Positions 59,596 through 64,000 of a stretch of 64,000 nt of DNA are shown here, piece by piece. Origin of the DNA: Candidatus Sumerlaeaceae bacterium. Its GTDB lineage: Bacteria > Sumerlaeota > Sumerlaeia > Sumerlaeales > Sumerlaeaceae. Below the pieces are notes generated by a model. The model did no database searches. It worked only from the letters and a program-made list of their open reading frames with translations, and was not told the DNA's origin. The translations under genes were made by a program, and so were the position numbers. The stretch spans positions 64,001 to 128,000 of the forward strand of contig JBPCLP010000025.1 of assembly GCA_051003195.1 (NCBI GenBank). Reading direction: 5' to 3'. How positions within the stretch are numbered: position 1 is the stretch's first letter; the number at the start of each line of letters is the position of its first letter.

Positions 59596-60432
59596 ATGCG
59601 TAATCGTCAGACGATCAACTCCGTCGTCGAAGTCTCGGGGCGCGGCGTCCACACCGGGCAGGAAGGTACGGTGCGCTTTTTGCCGGCGCAATCGGGCGAA
59701 GGAATCATCTTCCGGAGAACGGACCTCCACGGCGAAGCGATACCTGCACGGCTGGACTACCTCGTGCCTGATCAGTTGCTGCGGCGAACCACACTTGCGA
59801 ACGGTCGTGCCAAAGTCCACACGATCGAACATGTGCTGTCCGCCGCAGCCGGATGTGATGTCGACGACTTGCTGATCGAAATGAACACAGGCGAGCCGCC
59901 CTTTCTGGACGGCAGCGCCGCACGGTTTGTCGAACTGCTTCAACAAGCGGGCATCACACAGCAGCGGGAGAATTGCCAGCCGCTCGAGATCGGCGAACCG
60001 CTGGCGTTCCGGGATGGAGACGCCGAGTTTTCGTGCCTCCCGTCTGACGAGTTTCGAGTCAGTTTCTTCTTCACCTCCGACCATCCTAAACTAAGGCGTC
60101 AGGCGGCCAGCATCGTCATAACGCCGGAAACGTACGCCGCGGAAGTCGCACCCGCCCGCACCTTTTGTTTCTTTGAAGAAATCGAGTCCATGCGTCGGCA
60201 GGGACTTATCAAAGGCGCCAACCTTTCCTCCGCTGTGGTGATTGGCCGCAAAGGCATGTTGAACGACTCGCTGCGTTTTCCGGATGAGCCGGTGCGGCAC
60301 AAAATTCTTGATTTTATCGGTGACCTCGCCCTGCTCGGACGACCCCTGAAGGGGCACTTCCTGGCGTGGCGTTCCGGTCATCGTGCCAATGCGGCGTTTG
60401 CGCTTTATCTCAAAAAGGAGTTCGGCCTGTGA
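59596..60432 (+). CDS. lpxC: UDP-3-O-acyl-N-acetylglucosamine deacetylase
   Basis: G.GVHTG, TIEHVLSA, EPPFLDGSA, APARTFCF, LRFPDEPVRHKILDFIGDL, SGH. Confidence 0.96.
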   Translation: MRNRQTINSVVEVSGRGVHTGQEGTVRFLPAQSGEGIIFRRTDLHGEAIPARLDYLVPDQLLRRTTLANGRAKVHTIEHVLSAAAGCDVDDLLIEMNTGEPPFLDGSAARFVELLQQAGITQQRENCQPLEIGEPLAFRDGDAEFSCLPSDEFRVSFFFTSDHPKLRRQAASIVITPETYAAEVAPARTFCFFEEIESMRRQGLIKGANLSSAVVIGRKGMLNDSLRFPDEPVRHKILDFIGDLALLGRPLKGHFLAWRSGHRANAAFALYLKKEFGL

Positions 60433-60908
60433 GTGAAACCCCGGCGGTACCCGCGGCGATGGACATCAACCGCATCCTGGAGATTCTCCCCCACCGCTAT
60501 CCGTTTCTGCTGGTGGATCGCATCCTCGAAATGCGCGAGGGGTTTGTAGTCGGCCAGAAGTGCGTCACGATGAACGAATGGTTTTTCCAGGGCCACTTCC
60601 CGCAGCAGCCGGTGATGCCGGGAGTCCTCATCCTCGAGGCGATGGCGCAGACGGGCGCTATACTCGCACATCTGCACGAGGAAAACCGCGGCCGCCTGAT
60701 TTTTCTCGCGGGTGTGGATGACGCGCGATTCCGCAAAGTCATATCGCCGGGCGATGTGCTGCGTATCGAGATGACTGAGATCCAGCGGCGCAAAAACATC
60801 GGCCGTTGCAGCGGACGCGTGCTCGTCGACGGCAAGCTTGCGTGCGAAGCTGTGCTGACCTTCGCGGTACAGGCATCGAGCCAGGGTCGGTCTGCCGATA
60901 GTTCGTAA
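60429..60908 (+). CDS. fabZ: 3-hydroxyacyl-ACP dehydratase
   Basis: LPHRYPFLLVDRI, NEWFFQGHFP, PVMPGVLILEAMAQ; GTGA overlap with lpxC. Confidence 0.96.
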   Translation: MSETPAVPAAMDINRILEILPHRYPFLLVDRILEMREGFVVGQKCVTMNEWFFQGHFPQQPVMPGVLILEAMAQTGAILAHLHEENRGRLIFLAGVDDARFRKVISPGDVLRIEMTEIQRRKNIGRCSGRVLVDGKLACEAVLTFAVQASSQGRSADSS

Positions 60909-60965
60909 TCAGTTCTGTGTGCCGAATCGAGGGTAAGTTTGCCCTTTGGTCTGGTAAATGAACTA
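60881..60965 (+). mobile_element. Partial MITE/REP-like element, copy 4, overlapping the fabZ 3' end
   Basis: GGTCTGCCGATAGTTCGTAATCAGTTCTGTGTGCCGAATCGAG...GCCCTTTGGTCTGGTAA..GAACTA; right stem arm missing. Confidence 0.65.
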
Positions 60966-61096
60966 AGGGGCCCCCCGTCCACACGATACTCGTTGACACT
61001 ACCGAGTTTCATGTTTTTATAAGGTTTCCAATCCGGACTCGTTGCGTGATTTCACTCTGTCTGCTCCTGCCCGGCACTCCACAGGGGAGAATTCTC

Positions 61097-62356
61097 ATGC
61101 AGAAGCAAACCGTAACCCGGCATCTCGCCCGCTTTTCAATCCACGTCATCATCGCCGCGGCACTGTTAGCCAGCGCGGGCCTGATTCATGCCATCCCGCC
61201 GAACTTTGCCGTTCAGTTAAACAACCCGGGCCCCCTGGGCAGCGCCCTGAACTCACAGTTTGGTATAGCCATCGCAGGCACGGGCAAAGTGGTTTACGTC
61301 GGCGCGCCGACATTCGACCAGGACGGAACCGATTCCGGCGCTGTGTTCGCGTTCGACCAGAAGACCGGCGCCTACCAGGGCCGTCCAAGTTTCGGGGCCT
61401 TTTCCGCAGCCGATAACAAGATCGGTACTGCCCTGGCCGCGAACAAAAAGTATTGGATCGTCGGCGCACCGGGAACGACGCTCAGCGCAAATCTCAATGC
61501 CGGGCGCGTCTTCATCCTGTCCGCACGCGGCTTGCCCTCCCTCTATATTGACAACCCGGCGCCAGGCGTCGGCGACAATTTCGGCGCGGCCCTTGCCCTG
61601 TACAAGACTCTGCTCGTCATCGGAGCGCCCAAGGACACGGCACCCGGCGGCGGCCCTGCCGGTTCAGGCGCAGCGTACCTCGTAAACCTCAAGACCGGGC
61701 TGACACTGGTCGGGTTGATAGATCCGGGCGCCGCAGCTGGTGATACGGCGGGCGCGAGCGTCGCCGTCAGCAAAGACTATATCGTCGTCGGCGCGCCGGG
61801 CCGCCAGGTCGGTGGTTTCGCGGGCGCTGGCGCAGTGGCTGTCTTCGACGCAAAAACGGCTGCGTATCTCGGCACGCTTACCGATCCCTCGCCTAACACC
61901 GACGATGCATTTGGTTCAGCCGTTGCCATCAGCGGTTCGCTGGTTACCGTCGGCTCACCAAACAGCGAGTATATAACCGACGCCGTCTATACTAATGCAG
62001 GCGCCGTGTTCCAGTTCGACGCCGCTACGAGAACGTTGGTGCGAGAGCTCCCCGAAAATACATACAACGACGGCGGACACCGCGGCGCAGCAATGGCAAC
62101 GGATGGCAAACTGCTGATCGTCGGGAAACCAGACTTCTACTATTCCGGGCCAAACGCCGGATCAACCACTACGTACAAATACAAAACCGGCGAGGCCATC
62201 CGCGAGAACATCAGCGAGAACCCCGTTGCCGGTGGGAATTTCGGTAAAGCGGTCGCGGCGTTTAAGGGTGGCCGCTACGCCGTAGGCGAACCGTTCGGTC
62301 AGGATACCTCCGGAAACATCGTCGGAGCCGCTTACATGTATAACAAGTACCCGTGA
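61097..62356 (+). CDS. Secreted FG-GAP repeat beta-propeller protein
   Basis: Signal peptide; about seven repeats of FG.A.A...L.VGAP...G.V..F; GGGGAG RBS. Confidence 0.85.
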   Translation: MQKQTVTRHLARFSIHVIIAAALLASAGLIHAIPPNFAVQLNNPGPLGSALNSQFGIAIAGTGKVVYVGAPTFDQDGTDSGAVFAFDQKTGAYQGRPSFGAFSAADNKIGTALAANKKYWIVGAPGTTLSANLNAGRVFILSARGLPSLYIDNPAPGVGDNFGAALALYKTLLVIGAPKDTAPGGGPAGSGAAYLVNLKTGLTLVGLIDPGAAAGDTAGASVAVSKDYIVVGAPGRQVGGFAGAGAVAVFDAKTAAYLGTLTDPSPNTDDAFGSAVAISGSLVTVGSPNSEYITDAVYTNAGAVFQFDAATRTLVRELPENTYNDGGHRGAAMATDGKLLIVGKPDFYYSGPNAGSTTTYKYKTGEAIRENISENPVAGGNFGKAVAAFKGGRYAVGEPFGQDTSGNIVGAAYMYNKYP

Positions 62357-62476
62357 TGGGCTGGTAGAGCGGGGTAAAACTACCGCTTGGCCTAACCCGC
62401 AGGAACCCGCCCGGCCCTGAATTCAAGTAGCGCGCCGAGCTTTACTTTCGCGTTTCGCGTCGTGCGTTTCCCAATC

Positions 62477-64000
62477 ATGAATGTTTCAACGTTCCTTCAC
62501 GTCTCATTTGGATTCCTTGTTATGTCGACGTCCATCCCCGCCCACGCCGCCGAAACGCCCGCCGGCGACACGGCAACTTCGATCCCGGCAACACTGCTTC
62601 CTTTTAACCACGTACACGAACTCCTGGCCCCGCCAGAACCCGGCGCCGACTACAGGCTATGGCGCGAGGGAATGCTGAAGTGGCGCGAGGAACAGCGCGC
62701 GGTGCTCGCGAAACTTCGCCAGGACCTGGACGATCCATATGCGCTGCCGCAACTGCAGTGGACGCAGACGAGCTTCATGCAGATCCAGATGATGTCGCAC
62801 GAGCGGTACTTCTACGATCCCGCCACCCGGAAGTACACGGTGAATCGGCTGCTCGACGATCTCGAAAATCGCTACGGCGGCATCGACAGTGTGCTCGTCT
62901 GGCCGACGTATCCAAACATCGGGGTGGACAACCGAAACCAGTACGACCTGTGGCGCGACATGCCCGGCGGGCTGGAGGGCGTCCGCAAGATGGTGGCCGA
63001 TTTCCACCGCCGCGATGTCCGCGTGTTTGTTCCCATCATGTTCTGGGATCACGGCACCCGCGAGGAGGGCATGCCTATGCCCGACGCGCTGGCAAAGCTG
63101 TGCATGGAGATCGGTGCGGACGGCCTGAACGGCGACACGATGAGCGGCGTGACTCGCGACTTCTACGACGCCAGCGTAAAAATTAATTACCCGCTGGTCA
63201 TGGAACCGGAAAACGGCATGAGCGACATCCAGATGCTGGCCTGGAACACGATGACGTGGGGCTACTTCTTTCCCTACCAGGCCGCGCCGGGCGTGAACAA
63301 GTTCCGGTGGGTGGAGCCGCGACACATGACGCACACGTGCGACCGCTGGGCCCACAACCGCACGGACATGCTGCAGTACGCGTTCTTTAACGGCGCGGGT
63401 CATCAGGCATGGGAGAACGTGTGGGGCGTGTGGAATGGAATTACGCCCCGCGATGGCGAAGTCATCCGCCGCATCCAGATCATCTACAAGGCGCTGCCCC
63501 ACGGCGTGCTCTCAAGTGACGATTACGAGCCGCATTATCCCACGCTGAAGCAGGGCGTTTACGCGACGCGTTTCCCATCGGCGAACGGGACGCTGTATAC
63601 GATCGTCAATCGAACCAGTGACGCGCTCGACGAGCCGCTGCTCGAGGTCGCGGATGCGGCCGGTTCCCAGTGGTATGACCTGTGGAACGGCTCCGGGAAG
63701 GTGACCGTGACGCCGGGTGCGAACGGCGCTGCGGCGATCCGTGTGCCACTCGATCCCAATGGCTACGCCGCAGTTTTCCAGGCGAAGGGCGAGCTGGAGA
63801 AAATGGCAGGGCTGCTGAGCGCGATGGCCGACCGCGAGAAAACCCCGCTGGCGTCGCTATCCAACGAGTGGCGCGTGCTGCAGCAGCGCATCGTGCCGAT
63901 CGCGAAAACGTCGGCGGCGACCACCGCGCCGGAGGGGATGGTTCGCATCCCGGCCGGGCGGTTCGTGTTCGAGGTCGAAGGCGTGATGATCGAACAAAAC
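62477..64000 (+). CDS. Secreted protein with TIM-barrel-like N-terminal domain and start of an FGE-sulfatase (SUMF1/EgtB/PvdO) domain; runs off the window
   Basis: Own translation (absent from the ORF track): MNVSTF...PAHA signal, YGGIDSVLVWPTYPNIGVDNRNQ, GADGLNGDT, and APEGMVRIPAGRF at the edge; start and end in the same frame. Confidence 0.82.
   Translation, partial: MNVSTFLHVSFGFLVMSTSIPAHAAETPAGDTATSIPATLLPFNHVHELLAPPEPGADYRLWREGMLKWREEQRAVLAKLRQDLDDPYALPQLQWTQTSFMQIQMMSHERYFYDPATRKYTVNRLLDDLENRYGGIDSVLVWPTYPNIGVDNRNQYDLWRDMPGGLEGVRKMVADFHRRDVRVFVPIMFWDHGTREEGMPMPDALAKLCMEIGADGLNGDTMSGVTRDFYDASVKINYPLVMEPENGMSDIQMLAWNTMTWGYFFPYQAAPGVNKFRWVEPRHMTHTCDRWAHNRTDMLQYAFFNGAGHQAWENVWGVWNGITPRDGEVIRRIQIIYKALPHGVLSSDDYEPHYPTLKQGVYATRFPSANGTLYTIVNRTSDALDEPLLEVADAAGSQWYDLWNGSGKVTVTPGANGAAAIRVPLDPNGYAAVFQAKGELEKMAGLLSAMADREKTPLASLSNEWRVLQQRIVPIAKTSAATTAPEGMVRIPAGRFVFEVEGVMIEQN

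Noticed and set aside
16410..60965. Dispersed repeats read as a CRISPR array or integron attC sites
   Set aside because: Copies are kilobases apart and in both orientations, with no spacer array, cas genes or integrase in the window
62657..63502. 281-aa minus-strand ORF
   Set aside because: Shadow of the plus-strand gene starting at 62477

Overview
GC-rich chromosomal window from a diderm bacterium (it carries bamA, skp, lpxC, fabZ and an LpxL-like acyltransferase). The prepilin-like protein at 9131-9856 (AVPNFLEAQTRSK...YDPTNGTVSRGD) suggests Candidatus Sumerlaeota/BRC1 or a relative; that assignment is my recollection, not a search result. Housekeeping genes include clpX, ispH, metK, mpg, rny, 5-formyl-THF cyclo-ligase, deoC, lysS, zapA, a zapB-like gene, recR and ppiD-bamA-skp-lpxC-fabZ. 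Envelope genes include three GT-C-like membrane proteins, an O-antigen-ligase-like protein, a GHL10 hydrolase and an amidase. Non-coding features are a cobalamin riboswitch, a probable 6S RNA, four copies of a ~100-bp hairpin element (two CTAG-bounded) and a RAYT transposase remnant with inverted repeats. Main leads: (1) a cobalamin riboswitch controls a secreted protein plus a prepilin-like protein, with no Btu transporter in the window; (2) three unrelated secreted proteins share a short C-terminal [DE]W-x-x-[YM]-x-stop tail that may be a sorting signal; (3) a SPOR-SPOR-TM-acidic protein with FimV/HubP-like layout precedes a 2952-aa TPR protein that begins with a DnaG-type CHC2 zinc finger; (4) DeoC carries a microcompartment-encapsulation-like N-terminal peptide. 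All calls are by eye; no searches were run.
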